In this document: in pieces, positions 47,984-58,687 of the stretch
How the letters are laid out: every line of letters starts with the position of its first letter
How positions within the stretch are numbered: position 1 is the stretch's first letter
Origin: Acidimicrobiia bacterium
GTDB taxonomy: Bacteria > Actinomycetota > Acidimicrobiia > Spongiisociales > ZC4RG35
Assembly: GCA_965203555.1 (NCBI GenBank)
Contig: CBDBCY010000004.1
Span: 1,344,001 to 1,408,000, forward strand
Direction: 5' to 3'
Length of the DNA stretch: 64,000 nucleotides
Translations under genes and position numbers: made by a program
The notes under the pieces: generated by a model
Databases searched by the model: none
What the model was told of the DNA's origin: nothing
What the model saw: the letters and a program-made list of their open reading frames with translations, nothing else

Positions 47984-48328
47984 ATCACTTGTCACAGGCT
48001 GTGAAAAAACAAGCGCCAAGAGGTTGATTACGTCCCACCAACAGCCCACACTGAAAGAAGCTAAACACCAAGACAGTTCGCTCAGACGTCAAGGGAACCG
48101 TCAAAGGGATCAAAGGGTCCACCGCCCCAATAGCCACACCCCAGGCTGCCCGGAACGCGACCGACCCACGGAAAGGTGGTGGCGGGGGAGGGAACCCATA
48201 ATTGGGGATCACAATTTCGCGATTTTTCTGCCGTGATCGCGGATTGGCTGATCGTCCGGCCATCCTGCCGCAGACCGCTCGTCCGGCATTTACTCCTTGC
48301 CCGGGTCGTTCGCCCGAAACAGGGCCGG

Positions 48329-49333
48329 CTAAATGGTTCCGATCTGCACGGGGCCGCCGTTGTCGTGGGAACATTGGGCGGCCTCGGCCAGCGCCAGAGC
48401 AGCATATCCGTCCCTCCCGGTGGCGGCGGCCGAATTCTCTCCCCCTCGGACCAGCGCCAGGAACTCCTGCCACTGTCGCAGGTAGGACTCCTGGTAGCGC
48501 TCGATGAAGAAGTGGTGGAGCGCCGGTGTGGAGAACCCGCCGGCGGTGGCCAGACGGGTTTGCCGCGCCGGTGGGTCCACCGAGGCGATCTGGCCCTTCG
48601 ACCCGTTCACCTCGATGCGTTGCTCGTACCCGTACGCGGCGGCCCGGCTGTTCACGATCAGGCCCAATGCGCCGCTTTCATAGCGAAGGGAGATGAACGC
48701 CAGGTCCACGTCACCCAACTCCCCCGCCTCGGGGATGACCAGGCTGGTGGCGGTGACATTGACCTCCACCACCTCCTCGCCCAGCAGGTACCGCGCCATG
48801 TCGAAGTCGTGGATGGCCATGTCCCGGAACAGTCCTCCCGACACCGGCAGATAGTCGGCGGGCGGGGGCGCCGGATCCCGGCTGATTATCAACACCTGCC
48901 AGGGGGTCCCGATCTCACCCCGGACGATGCCGTCCCGCACCGCCCGGTGCCCGGGGTCGAGGCGGCGGTTGAAGCCCACCACCAGGGGGATCCCGGCCGT
49001 TTCGGCTGCCTCCACCGCCTCGGCGGCCTCGGCCAGGTCCAGGGAGATCGGCTTCTCGCAGAAGGCGGCGATCCCCGCCCGGGCGGCCATCTTGATGTAG
49101 CGGGGATGGGTGGGGGTGGAGGAACAGATCGCCACCGCGTCTATCCCCGACTCGAACAATGCGGCCTCGTCCTCCACGGTCCGCACACCCGTCTCCACCT
49201 CCGCCCGGCGAGCGACCTCGGGGACCGGTTCGTAGAGCGCGGCCAACTCCGCGCCGTCCACAAACCGGGAAAGAAGACCGGCGTGCATGGCGCCGATCCT
49301 GCCGTATCCGATCAGCCCGACCCTAAGGGTCAT
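48329..49333 (-). CDS. iolG: Inositol 2-dehydrogenase-like Gfo/Idh/MocA oxidoreductase
   Basis: GYGRIG, CEKP, GFNRR, SRDP, SGGLFRDMAIHDFD and YGYEQR.E. Confidence 0.8.
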   Translation of the reverse strand: MTLRVGLIGYGRIGAMHAGLLSRFVDGAELAALYEPVPEVARRAEVETGVRTVEDEAALFESGIDAVAICSSTPTHPRYIKMAARAGIAAFCEKPISLDLAEAAEAVEAAETAGIPLVVGFNRRLDPGHRAVRDGIVRGEIGTPWQVLIISRDPAPPPADYLPVSGGLFRDMAIHDFDMARYLLGEEVVEVNVTATSLVIPEAGELGDVDLAFISLRYESGALGLIVNSRAAAYGYEQRIEVNGSKGQIASVDPPARQTRLATAGGFSTPALHHFFIERYQESYLRQWQEFLALVRGGENSAAATGRDGYAALALAEAAQCSHDNGGPVQIGTI

Positions 49334-49398
49334 CTCGTCTCCTCTTCCTGCCGGTCACCGAGGCCTCGGCGCGCGCCAGGGTTTCTCGTCTGGGTTCG

Positions 49399-50259
49399 TC
49401 AGTCCTCGGCCACCACCGGGTTGCGGAGCACCCCCAGCCCGTCGATGTCCACCTCGGCCACATCCCCAGGCCGCAGCCAGCGGGGAGGAGTGCGGGCCAT
49501 TCCCACACCCGGCGGGGTGCCGGTGGCGATCACGTCGCCGGTCTCGAGCATCATCACCGAACTCAACTCGGCGATGAGGGTGGGGATGTCGAAGATCATG
49601 TCCCTGGTGTTGGCCTCCTGGAGGGTCTCACCGCTCACCCGGCAGCGAATGCCCAGGTTGTGCGGGTCGGGGACCTCGTCGGCGGTGACCAAAGCCGGGC
49701 CCATCGGCGAGAAGGTGTCGAAATTCTTGCCGAGGGTCCACTGGGAAGTGCGCATCTGGTAGTCGCGAGCCGAGACGTCGTGGAAAGGCAGGTACCCGAC
49801 CACATGGTCATAGGCGCGCTCGGGCGGGACATTCCTCCCCGGCGCTCCGATCACCACCCCGAGTTCGGCTTCGTAGTCCACCTTCCGGCTGATCCTGGGC
49901 AGCACGATCGGCGCGTCCGGTCCTACGATGGTGGTGGAATACTTGGCGAACACGATCACATTCTCGGGAGGTTCGTTGCCCGTCTCCCGGGCATGAGCGG
50001 CGTAGTTCTCGCCGATCCCGAACATCTTGGGCGGGTTGAGGATCGGCGCCAACAGCTCGATCTCGTCATCGCCCAACCTTGCGCCGCTGAAACCGGCCAC
50101 CGCCGCGGCGGCACGCTCCAGCGCCTGCGGCCCCCCTTCCAGCAGCGCCACCATCTCGGTGGGGAGTCCGGCGTCGGCCTGGCTGAGATCCACCACGCCG
50201 TCGGCGGTCTGGGCACCGATCCTGGTGGTTCCGGCTTGTTTGAATGTCACTAAACGCAT
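49399..50259 (-). CDS. Fumarylacetoacetate hydrolase family protein
   Basis: IGENY..H, DYEAEL, DVSARD, GKNFDTF and TGTP.GVG. Confidence 0.92.
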   Translation of the reverse strand: MRLVTFKQAGTTRIGAQTADGVVDLSQADAGLPTEMVALLEGGPQALERAAAAVAGFSGARLGDDEIELLAPILNPPKMFGIGENYAAHARETGNEPPENVIVFAKYSTTIVGPDAPIVLPRISRKVDYEAELGVVIGAPGRNVPPERAYDHVVGYLPFHDVSARDYQMRTSQWTLGKNFDTFSPMGPALVTADEVPDPHNLGIRCRVSGETLQEANTRDMIFDIPTLIAELSSVMMLETGDVIATGTPPGVGMARTPPRWLRPGDVAEVDIDGLGVLRNPVVAED

Positions 50260-50360
50260 GGCCCCTCACTTTACCTGCCCTGTTCCCCCCTCCCGCCAAC
50301 GGTTCCGGCCCTTCGGGCGCCATCCTGACGAGGGGCGGGACGGGATTAAGATAGACCGGC

Positions 50361-51386
50361 ATGAACGAGATGCGTTCCCTGCTCTTTCATGGCCCGGAGC
50401 AGCCTCCCGAGCGCCGGTTCACCGTCGAGAAGGCGCCGATACCCGAGCCCGGACCGGGCGAGGTCCGGATCCGGATTGCCAGGGTGGGCCTGTGCGGCAG
50501 CGACCTGCACGGCTACACCGGCGAATCGGGCCGGAGGGTGGCCGGAATGGTGATGGGACACGAGGCCAGCGGTTGGATAGACGCCCTGGGCGAGGGCGTT
50601 TCGGGTCCCGCTCCGGGTACCCACGTCACTTTCAATCCGGCCCTGCCGTGCAACGGCGCCTGCGGCCACGCCATAGAGAGCCGCTGCGAATTGCTGGAGG
50701 TGGTGGGGGTGACCCCCCACATCGCCGGGGCATTCGCCGATTATCTGGTGATCGGCGCCGGTCGGGTGGTCCCCATCCCGGATCTCACCCCGGAGCAGGG
50801 AGCGGTGATCGAGCCGATGGCGGTGGGACTGCATGCCGCCAACCAACTGGGCGCCACACCGGATGACCGTGTGCTGGTGGTGGGCGGGGGGATGATCGGA
50901 CAGGTCACCGCCCATGCCATCCGATCCCTCGGGGCGGGCGAGATAGTGATCTCCGAACCCCACCCGAGGAGGCGCGAGATCGCCGAAGCCGCCGGATTCA
51001 CAACTCTCCACCCCGATGAGGTCCAGGCCAACGGCCCCTTCGACCGGGCGATGGACGCGGTGGCGATCTCGGCCACGGTGAGCGCCGCGCTCGACGCGGT
51101 CCCCAAAGGGGGCGTGGTGTGCATCGTCGGCCTGGGGATGCCCCAGGTGACCATCCCGCTCTTCTCGATCGTGGTGGGGGAGCGAATCGTGGTGGGCTCC
51201 TACTGCTACTCGGACGCCACCTTCATCGAGACCGCCCGGAGGCTGTCGGACGGCAGCCTCGATCCGGCGGCCCTGATCGGACCCACGGTGAGCATGGAGG
51301 ACTTCCCCCAGGCCTTCGAGGGACTGGCCACCGGCGCCATCTCCGAAGTGAAGGTGTTGATGACCACCGGCCCGGCCTCCAACTAG
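50361..51386 (+). CDS. Zn-binding dehydrogenase (polyol/sugar-acid type MDR)
   Basis: GLCGSD, GHE, EPMAVG and GGGMIG. Confidence 0.88.
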   Translation: MNEMRSLLFHGPEQPPERRFTVEKAPIPEPGPGEVRIRIARVGLCGSDLHGYTGESGRRVAGMVMGHEASGWIDALGEGVSGPAPGTHVTFNPALPCNGACGHAIESRCELLEVVGVTPHIAGAFADYLVIGAGRVVPIPDLTPEQGAVIEPMAVGLHAANQLGATPDDRVLVVGGGMIGQVTAHAIRSLGAGEIVISEPHPRRREIAEAAGFTTLHPDEVQANGPFDRAMDAVAISATVSAALDAVPKGGVVCIVGLGMPQVTIPLFSIVVGERIVVGSYCYSDATFIETARRLSDGSLDPAALIGPTVSMEDFPQAFEGLATGAISEVKVLMTTGPASN

Positions 51387-51393
51387 GGAAACC

Positions 51394-52218
51394 ATGCCTC
51401 TTGTCTCCCTCCCCACCGGGATCGAGATGTTCTACCAGGTGGAAGGATCCGGGGAGCCGGTGCTGCTGATCATGGGCACCGCCGCCGATCACACCCCCTG
51501 GGCACGCCAGGTGGCCGACTACCGGGACCACTTCACGGTGATCACCTACGACCACCGGGGTACGGGTCGCTCAACCCACCCGCCCGATCCCCGCACCTAC
51601 TCCATGAGGGTGCTGGCGGACGACGCCGCCGCCCTGCTGGACCATCTCGACCTGGGGCCGGCCCATGTATCCGGACTCTCCCTGGGCAGCGCCACCGCCC
51701 AGGAACTGGCCATCAATCACCCCGGAAAGGTGCGGTCACTGCAACTGCATTGCACCTGGGCGTATTCCGACGAGTGGTTCTGCCGGATGATCGACTCGAT
51801 GGAATTCATGGTGCGCAACGACGACTTCGCGGCATACATACGCTGTGCCCTGATGTGGGTGGCCAGCCCGGACTTCATCAACAACCGCCCCGAGGACGTC
51901 GATGCCTTCGAGACCGGCTTCATCCTGGAAAACCCCCACCCGCCCTCCAAGGAGGGGATGATGGGGCACTTCCGGGCGGACAAGACCCACGACACCCTCG
52001 ATCGGCTCGATCGGATCACCGCCCCCACCCTGATCACCTCCGGGGAGATGGACCACCAGGTGCCCACCCGGTACGGGAGGCAGGTTCACAGTCGCATACC
52101 TCAATCCTGCTTGCACGTGTTCACCGGTCCCCGGTCCAGCCACATCGCCTTCCACGAGATGCCGCAAGAGTGGAATGCCTTCACCCTCGACTGGTTGAAA
52201 CGTCACGCCGATGAATGA
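51394..52218 (+). CDS. Alpha/beta hydrolase
   Basis: YDHRGTG and GLSLG nucleophile elbow, with D and H of the triad. Confidence 0.88.
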   Translation: MPLVSLPTGIEMFYQVEGSGEPVLLIMGTAADHTPWARQVADYRDHFTVITYDHRGTGRSTHPPDPRTYSMRVLADDAAALLDHLDLGPAHVSGLSLGSATAQELAINHPGKVRSLQLHCTWAYSDEWFCRMIDSMEFMVRNDDFAAYIRCALMWVASPDFINNRPEDVDAFETGFILENPHPPSKEGMMGHFRADKTHDTLDRLDRITAPTLITSGEMDHQVPTRYGRQVHSRIPQSCLHVFTGPRSSHIAFHEMPQEWNAFTLDWLKRHADE

Positions 52219-52654
52219 GACCGATCAATCCGATCTTCCAACCGCCGGGGGATGCCCGGGGGGATGAGCGCCCCATCCGGATCCGGGGAAACAAGGCATC
52301 GTTCGCCAACCTCCGGTATTTGACAGAAGTGAAGTTTTGGGGCGGGGAAGCTCCCCTTCGGGCCCATCCCCCGCCTCCACCTTTGCCATGGGTCCCGAGA
52401 GGCCGCGTCCAGCCGCAACCGGGCCGGCCTACCGGACAGTTTGATCCCTCGAAGCGGTCCGAACGACGCCGGAGCGGACCGTTTTGGTGTTTAGGTCCTG
52501 TCAATATGAACCACCGGTGGGACAGAATAAACCTCTGCGCCTGCTCTTTTTTCACAACTTCCCGGAAAAGGTGAGAGGAGTAAAGGGTCCACCGCCACCC
52601 GGAGCGCCCAGGACGCGGAATCTTCCGGCGCCCGCCCACGGTTGACAGCCGAGC

Positions 52655-53614
52655 ATGGGGACCGGAGGGGAATCGGATGGGATATTGGAGCACACTTGCG
52701 GTAGCGTCCGAGATGACGTGCTCCAGCTGGCCAAGACCCGGATAAGCGACTCTGTGGCGGGGTTGTTCGCCCACGGCGAGCGTCCGCTTCAGGACACGGC
52801 CCGTTTCGCCGGCGACCCCGGTCTGTGCGGTCCCGGCTCGGTCAGTTGGAGGGTCGTCGGAGACATCTCCGCATTCCTGGGGGGAATCCGGGCGTTGCTC
52901 GTTCAATCCGCCCATCCCGAGGTGGTCGCCGGGGTGGAGGATCACAGCCGCTACCGGGAGGACCCGTTGGGACGGCTCAACCGCACCTCGTTTTTCGTCA
53001 CCACCGCCACCTTCGGCGCCATGCCGGAGGTGGACGCGGCCGTCAATCGGGTCCGCGCCGCCCATCAGGGCGTTGAGGGCCTTTCGTCTCGAAACCGCCC
53101 CTACGACGCTTTCATGCCGGATCTGGCCGCGTGGGTGCACAACACCCTCACCGAATCCTTCCTGGTGGCCTACCGGGAGTTCGGACCGGGACTCACCGCC
53201 GCCCAGGCGGACCGGTTCGTGGCGGAGCAGACACGAATCGGAGCGATGATGGGGGCCGACCCTCTCCCCGAAACCGCCGCCGAACTCATGGAATGGGTGC
53301 GATTCCATCCGGCGCCGGCGCCCAGTGCGGGGATGCGAGGAGCGGTCAGCTTCCTGCGCCGGCCCCCCATCCCCACGCCCCACAGATGGGGCTACCAGGT
53401 GTTGATGCAGGGAGCGGTCGCCACCATCCCCGCGGAGATACGGAAGGTCCTGGACCTGAAGGCCAGACCCGGGGCACGTTCGGGCGCGGTCGCCCTGAGC
53501 CGGGGACTTCGGTGGGCGATGCGCAACAGCCCGGCTTGGAGGGCATCGCTCGACCGTTGTGGTGAGTCCTACGATCCGAGGTTGTTCCGCCAATTCCCGG
53601 TCTCTCCCCGTTGA
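52655..53614 (+). CDS. Oxygenase MpaB family (DUF2236) protein
   Basis: GPGSVSW, GG.RALL.Q..HP, RL.RT, AH and WVH; start uncertain. Confidence 0.85.
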   Translation: MGTGGESDGILEHTCGSVRDDVLQLAKTRISDSVAGLFAHGERPLQDTARFAGDPGLCGPGSVSWRVVGDISAFLGGIRALLVQSAHPEVVAGVEDHSRYREDPLGRLNRTSFFVTTATFGAMPEVDAAVNRVRAAHQGVEGLSSRNRPYDAFMPDLAAWVHNTLTESFLVAYREFGPGLTAAQADRFVAEQTRIGAMMGADPLPETAAELMEWVRFHPAPAPSAGMRGAVSFLRRPPIPTPHRWGYQVLMQGAVATIPAEIRKVLDLKARPGARSGAVALSRGLRWAMRNSPAWRASLDRCGESYDPRLFRQFPVSPR

Positions 53615-53817
53615 TCCGACAGGATGGTCCCGGGGGCCGGCCGTGTTCGGACCTTTTGAAAGGCGACGGCCGGCGCTTTGCAGCCGGCTTTCCAATCGGA
53701 ACACGGATTGGCGGCCCGTGAAGGCGACCAACCCGGAACAAACTAAGATACCGGCACAACCAAGGGCATTCTCGCTCAATCCCACCCGAGTTCCCTGAAG
53801 AAAGGCCAAACCTGGCA

Positions 53818-54693
53818 GTGAAATACCGTGCGCCCACCTCGATTGAAGAAGCCGTGGCGCTCTTGGATTCCAACCCCGGAGCTGCGGTATTCGCAGGAGC
53901 CACCGACCTTATACCGCAAATCCAGGCCGGGCGTCCTGAGCCGTCCATGGTGGTGGATCTCAAAGGACTTCCCCAAACCGGCGTGCTGGAAAGTCAGAAC
54001 GGTTACTGGCGGGTGGGCGCCGCCGTTCCCGCCGCCCGCCTGACCTCCCACCGGGAACTGGTCGCCGCTTTCCCGGGTCTGGTGGAGGGCGCGGCTTTGA
54101 TCGGATCCGACCAGATCCAGGGCCGGGCCACCCTGGGGGGCAACCTGTGCAACGCCTCTCCCGCCGCCGATTCGGTTCCCCCGCTGGTGGCTCTCGACGC
54201 CACGGCCGTAATCGTCGGACCCGCAGGTACGCGGTCCGTTCCCGTGTCGGAAGTGGTGGTCGGCCCGGGAGCCACTTCACTGCGCCGCGCCGAGTTCATA
54301 ACCGAGTTTCGCATCCCCGCCCCGGCCGCCGGGTCATCGGACGCCTACGAACGCTTCATTCCCCGCACCGAGATGGATATCGCGGTAGTGGGCGCCGCGG
54401 CCCGTATCCGGCTGGACGGCCGGGGCAGGTGCCGGGAGGCGACCGTGGTGCTCGCCGCGGTGGCGCCCACCGTGGTGGAGGTGAGCGCCGCCCAGGAGAT
54501 ACTGCGGGGTCAGCGGATCGACGCGGCCCCGAACGGGGAGGCCTTCTGGGAAGAACTGGGAGAAGCGGCGGTGGCGTGTTGCAATCCCATCGATGACAAG
54601 CGCGGCACCGTCGAATTCCGGCGCCGGGTGGCAGGCGTACTGGCCCGCCGGACAGTCGCCGTCGCCGCCCGCCGCGCCAGGGAGGCAATGTGA
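53818..54693 (+). CDS. Xanthine dehydrogenase family FAD subunit
   Basis: AGATD, ATLGGNLCNASPAAD and PIDDKRGT. Confidence 0.93.
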   Translation: MKYRAPTSIEEAVALLDSNPGAAVFAGATDLIPQIQAGRPEPSMVVDLKGLPQTGVLESQNGYWRVGAAVPAARLTSHRELVAAFPGLVEGAALIGSDQIQGRATLGGNLCNASPAADSVPPLVALDATAVIVGPAGTRSVPVSEVVVGPGATSLRRAEFITEFRIPAPAAGSSDAYERFIPRTEMDIAVVGAAARIRLDGRGRCREATVVLAAVAPTVVEVSAAQEILRGQRIDAAPNGEAFWEELGEAAVACCNPIDDKRGTVEFRRRVAGVLARRTVAVAARRAREAM

Positions 54694-55187
54694 GCAGAAC
54701 CCATGTCACCTGCGTGGTCAACGGCGACCCGGTCGATTTTCTGTGCCACGACTACCAGACCCTGCTCAGCGCCCTTCGCGACGAGCTGGGGATGACCGGA
54801 ACCAAGGAGGGTTGCGGCACCGGGGACTGCGGCGCCTGCTCGGTGATCCTGGACGGCCAACTGGTCTGCTCCTGCCTCGTGTTCGCCCCCGAAGCGCAAG
54901 GCCGGAACATCGAGACCATCGAGGGAATGGCCGACGGCCGGCATCTTCATCCCCTGCAGGAAAGCTTCCTGGAGGGAGCGGCCTTCCAATGCGGGGTATG
55001 CACCCCCGGGTTCCTGATGGCCGCCAAGGCTCTGTTGGATAACAACCCCTCCCCCACCGAGACCGAGGTCCGCTACGGGGTGGCCGGGAATCTGTGCCGC
55101 TGCACGGGATATGACAAGATCGTCCGCTCCATCCTGGACGCCGCCGCCCGGATGAGAGAACCGCACGCTCGAGAGGAGACGACATGA
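54690..55187 (+). CDS. Xanthine dehydrogenase family 2Fe-2S subunit
   Basis: GCGTGDCGAC, QCGVCTPG and GNLCRCTGY. Confidence 0.95.
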   Translation: MSRTHVTCVVNGDPVDFLCHDYQTLLSALRDELGMTGTKEGCGTGDCGACSVILDGQLVCSCLVFAPEAQGRNIETIEGMADGRHLHPLQESFLEGAAFQCGVCTPGFLMAAKALLDNNPSPTETEVRYGVAGNLCRCTGYDKIVRSILDAAARMREPHAREETT

Positions 55188-57439
55188 CCGCCACCCGCAC
55201 CGCCTACAAGTGGGTGGGCACCCGCCCGGTACGTCACGACGGGCTGGACAAGGTAACCGGCCGGGCGCGCTTCGGGGCTGACTTCGCCACCGCCGGCATG
55301 CTCCACGGCGCAGTGCTGCGAAGTCCGCACGCTCACGCCCTGATCCACTCCGTCGACTTCTCCGAGGCCCTGGCTCTACCCGGGGTCAAGGCGATCATCA
55401 CCAGCGCCGATCTGCCCGAACTCGGTGACGATCGGGTCGAGGGCGGTGAGGGCAACGCCACCTACCGGGACCTTTCCCGCAACATCCTGGCGCGGGACAA
55501 GGTGCTGTATGAGGGACACGCGGTGGCGGCAGTGGCGGCCACCACCCTCCGGATCGCCAGGGAGGCTGTAGGGCTCATCCACGTCGACTACGAGGGGCTG
55601 ACGCCGGTGCTCACTCTCGAGCAGGCCATGGAGGAGGATGCGCCGCTGCTGCACGACGATCTGTTCACATCCGGGCTGGAGTCCCCTCCCGAGAGGGCCT
55701 CCAACATCGCCGCTCGCCACGTCACGTCCCGCGGCGACCCCGATGCCGCCTGGGAGGAGGCGGACGTGGTGGTGGAACGGGAATACTTCACCAAAGCCGT
55801 CCACCAGGGCTACATAGAGCCCCATGCGGTGGTCGCCCAGATCGGCGAGGACGGCAAGGGAACGGTCTGGGGCTCGTCGCAGGGCCACTTCGTGATACGC
55901 ACCCTCACCGCCAACGTTTTGGGATGGGACCCGGGCGACATGAAGTTCATCCCCGCCGAGATCGGGGGAGGATTCGGCGGCAAGACCACCATCTACCTCG
56001 AACCCCTGGCGGCATTGCTGTCACGGCGAGCGGGGCGGCCGGTCAAGATGGTGATGACTCGACACGAGGTGTTCCGGGCCACCGGTCCCACTTCCGCCGC
56101 CTGGATGAAAGTCAAGATGGGTGCCCGCCGCGACGGGAAGCTGGTGGCGGCCCAGGCCTGGATGGCATATGAGGCGGGCGCCTTTCCGGGATCTCCGGTA
56201 GACCTGGGAGTCATGGGGATCTTCGCCCCCTACGACATTCCCAACGTGTACATGGAGGGTTACGACGTGTTGGTCAACAAACCCAAGGTGGCCGCCTACC
56301 GGGCTCCGGGCGCGCCGATGGCGGGCTTCGCCGCCGAGTCGGTCATCGACGAACTGGCCGAAGAACTTGGAATCGATCCCGTGGAGATCCGGCTCCGCAA
56401 CGCGGTCGCCGAAGGCGTGAGGGCGGTCTACGGACCCAAGTACCGCAAGATCGGGCTGGTCGAAACCCTGGAGGCCGCTCGTGATCACCCCCACTACTCG
56501 GCGCCGCTCGGCCCCTGGCAGGGAAGGGGAGTGGCGTGCGGATGGTGGATGAACTACGGAGGGGAGACCACCGCCACGGTGAGCATCAACCTGGACGGCA
56601 CGGCGGTGGTGATGTCCGGCTGCCCCGACATAGGAGGTTCCCGCGCCTCGCTGGCCCAGATGGCCGCCGAGGAACTGGGCATCGACGTGCACCGTATCGA
56701 ACCGGTGGTGGCGGACACCCACTCCATCGGTTACAACGACCTCACCGGAGGCAGCCGGGTCACCTTCGCGGTGGGGATCGCGGTGGTAGAGGCCGCTCGC
56801 GAGTTGATCGACGACATGTGCTCCCGGGCCGCCCGGATATGGGATGTTCCCCGCCGAGAAGTGGAGTGGGTGGACGGTCGCGCCCAGAGCGTCGACGGGG
56901 TCTTCCCGCCGCTCACCCTGGAGGAGTTGACCGCCGGATCGGCCCGCACCGGTGGGCCGCTGTCGGCCACCAAGACCGTGAACCCCCGCGGGGTGGGGGT
57001 GGCTTTCTCCACCCAGATCTGCGACGTCGAGGTGGATCCCGAAACCGGAAGAGTGACCATCCTGCGCTACACGGTCACCCAGGACGCCGGGAGGGCCATT
57101 CATCCCGACTATGTCGAAGGCCAGATGCAGGGAGGTGCGGTGCAGGGCATCGGATGGGCCCTCAACGAGGAGTACATATTCGATGGGGAGGGGGTGATGG
57201 AAAACCCCGGGTTCCTCGACTACCGGATGCCGGTGGCCTCCGACCTGCCCATGATCGACACCGTGATAGTGGAGGTGCCCAACCCCGACCATCCGTACGG
57301 GGTGAGGGGGGTGGGAGAGGTGGGGATCGTCCCTCCCCTGGCGGCGGTGGCCAACGCAGTCTATGGCGCCACGGGAAAACGGATCAGAGAACTTCCGATG
57401 TCTCCGGTAAAGGTCCTGGAAGCACTGTCCTCGGACTGA
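55184..57439 (+). CDS. Xanthine dehydrogenase family molybdopterin subunit
   Basis: HQGYIEP, IGGGFGGK, AYRAPG, GQMQGG and RGVGE. Confidence 0.94.
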   Translation: MTATRTAYKWVGTRPVRHDGLDKVTGRARFGADFATAGMLHGAVLRSPHAHALIHSVDFSEALALPGVKAIITSADLPELGDDRVEGGEGNATYRDLSRNILARDKVLYEGHAVAAVAATTLRIAREAVGLIHVDYEGLTPVLTLEQAMEEDAPLLHDDLFTSGLESPPERASNIAARHVTSRGDPDAAWEEADVVVEREYFTKAVHQGYIEPHAVVAQIGEDGKGTVWGSSQGHFVIRTLTANVLGWDPGDMKFIPAEIGGGFGGKTTIYLEPLAALLSRRAGRPVKMVMTRHEVFRATGPTSAAWMKVKMGARRDGKLVAAQAWMAYEAGAFPGSPVDLGVMGIFAPYDIPNVYMEGYDVLVNKPKVAAYRAPGAPMAGFAAESVIDELAEELGIDPVEIRLRNAVAEGVRAVYGPKYRKIGLVETLEAARDHPHYSAPLGPWQGRGVACGWWMNYGGETTATVSINLDGTAVVMSGCPDIGGSRASLAQMAAEELGIDVHRIEPVVADTHSIGYNDLTGGSRVTFAVGIAVVEAARELIDDMCSRAARIWDVPRREVEWVDGRAQSVDGVFPPLTLEELTAGSARTGGPLSATKTVNPRGVGVAFSTQICDVEVDPETGRVTILRYTVTQDAGRAIHPDYVEGQMQGGAVQGIGWALNEEYIFDGEGVMENPGFLDYRMPVASDLPMIDTVIVEVPNPDHPYGVRGVGEVGIVPPLAAVANAVYGATGKRIRELPMSPVKVLEALSSD

Positions 57440-57681
57440 TGGCCGTAGTTTTCTTCCCCAGGGCTCTCCAGGGTCTGACCGGAGGAGCGAAGAAGTGGGA
57501 AGCCGAAGCTTCCTCCATGCGGGAGCTGGGGGCAAGGTTGGAGGAAGCCTTCCCCGGAATCGGAGTGCAGTTGAAGTCGGCGGCCGTGGCCATCGACGGA
57601 GATGTGGCGCCCGGCGCCTGGTTGGAAGCGCTGGAACCGGACAGCGAGATACACTTCCTCCCCGCCCTCGGCGGCGGCTAG
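57439..57681 (+). CDS. MoaD/ThiS family ubiquitin-like sulfur carrier
   Basis: 80 aa starting at a TGATG overlap and ending FLPALGGG. Confidence 0.85.
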   Translation: MAVVFFPRALQGLTGGAKKWEAEASSMRELGARLEEAFPGIGVQLKSAAVAIDGDVAPGAWLEALEPDSEIHFLPALGGG

Positions 57682-57688
57682 CCGACCG

Positions 57689-58687
57689 GTGGGCAACTCC
57701 TCTCTGCTGGTGTGCGGGGACGCTTCGGTCGACATCAGTCTGCGGATCGAAGACCTCCCCGCCGCCGGGCTGGACGTTTCGGCCCGCCACCCGTCGGTGA
57801 CGGTCGGGGGTTCGGCGGCCAACTGCGCGGCGGCCGCCGCCCGCCTGGGGGTCAAAGTGGACCTCGTGGCGCGGATCGGCGACGACCTGTTCGCGCAGGT
57901 CATAGTCGACGACCTTCTCTTGCAGAGGGTCGGAATCTCGGGACTGCAGGTTGTGAAAGGACAGTCGGCACTGGTGGTGGCACTGATAGATCCTCAAGGG
58001 CAACGCACTTTCATCTCCGCCCGCGGGCCCGCCTCCGGCCGCATTCCGGCCGACTTCTACATTCCCCTCCTCGATGAAGCAACTCTCGTGCATGTGAGCG
58101 GCTACGCCTTCCAGGACCGGGAATCGCGGTCCGCCGCCCTGCACCTGCTGGAGGAGGCCCGGCGGCGAGGTCTGTCGACATCGGTGGACCCGTCCCCTCT
58201 GTTCGCCGAGCACTACGACCCCGATTACGGCTGGCTGCAGGGAATCGACTATCTGTTCCCCAACGCCTACGAAGCCACCGCCATTACCGGAGTTGCCTCA
58301 CCCCGAGGCGCGGCACAGGCCCTTCACGGTTTTGGCGCAAAGGCGGTGGTGGTAACAATGGGAGCCGATGGCTGCCTGCTCAACGACGAAAACGGCGTCG
58401 CCCACTTCCCGGCGGTCAGGGAATTCCCGGTCGTCGACACCACGGGGGCGGGAGATGGCTTCGCCGGGGGGTTTCTGGCGGTCACGCTTTCCGGGGGCAC
58501 TCCCCGCCAGGGATGCCGGGTGGGGAACCTGGTAGCCGCCCGGGTGATCGCCGAGGCGGGCGGACACTCCGCGGTTGCCTCTCCGGGACAATTGCGGAGG
58601 ATGGCCGACCGGTTGGGGGACCCGCAACTCAAAAAAGCGATCCAGGTTCTGGCCAGGTCCGGGCCGGAGGACGGAAGCAACCGATGA
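57689..58687 (+). CDS. PfkB family kinase (pseudouridine kinase-like)
   Basis: GGSAAN, IGDD, PN..E and DTTGAGDGF; adjacent to psuG. Confidence 0.88.
   Translation: MGNSSLLVCGDASVDISLRIEDLPAAGLDVSARHPSVTVGGSAANCAAAAARLGVKVDLVARIGDDLFAQVIVDDLLLQRVGISGLQVVKGQSALVVALIDPQGQRTFISARGPASGRIPADFYIPLLDEATLVHVSGYAFQDRESRSAALHLLEEARRRGLSTSVDPSPLFAEHYDPDYGWLQGIDYLFPNAYEATAITGVASPRGAAQALHGFGAKAVVVTMGADGCLLNDENGVAHFPAVREFPVVDTTGAGDGFAGGFLAVTLSGGTPRQGCRVGNLVAARVIAEAGGHSAVASPGQLRRMADRLGDPQLKKAIQVLARSGPEDGSNR

Noticed and set aside
53818-57439. Aerobic CO dehydrogenase (coxMSL)
   Set aside because: The large subunit has AYRAPG (the other cluster has AFRGVS), not the AYxCSFR motif of form I CoxL.
56021-58213. 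Long antisense ORFs (also 48176-49762, 52181-53809, 25175-26434, 6419-7867)
   Set aside because: Opposite-strand shadows of well-supported genes, with no recognisable motifs.
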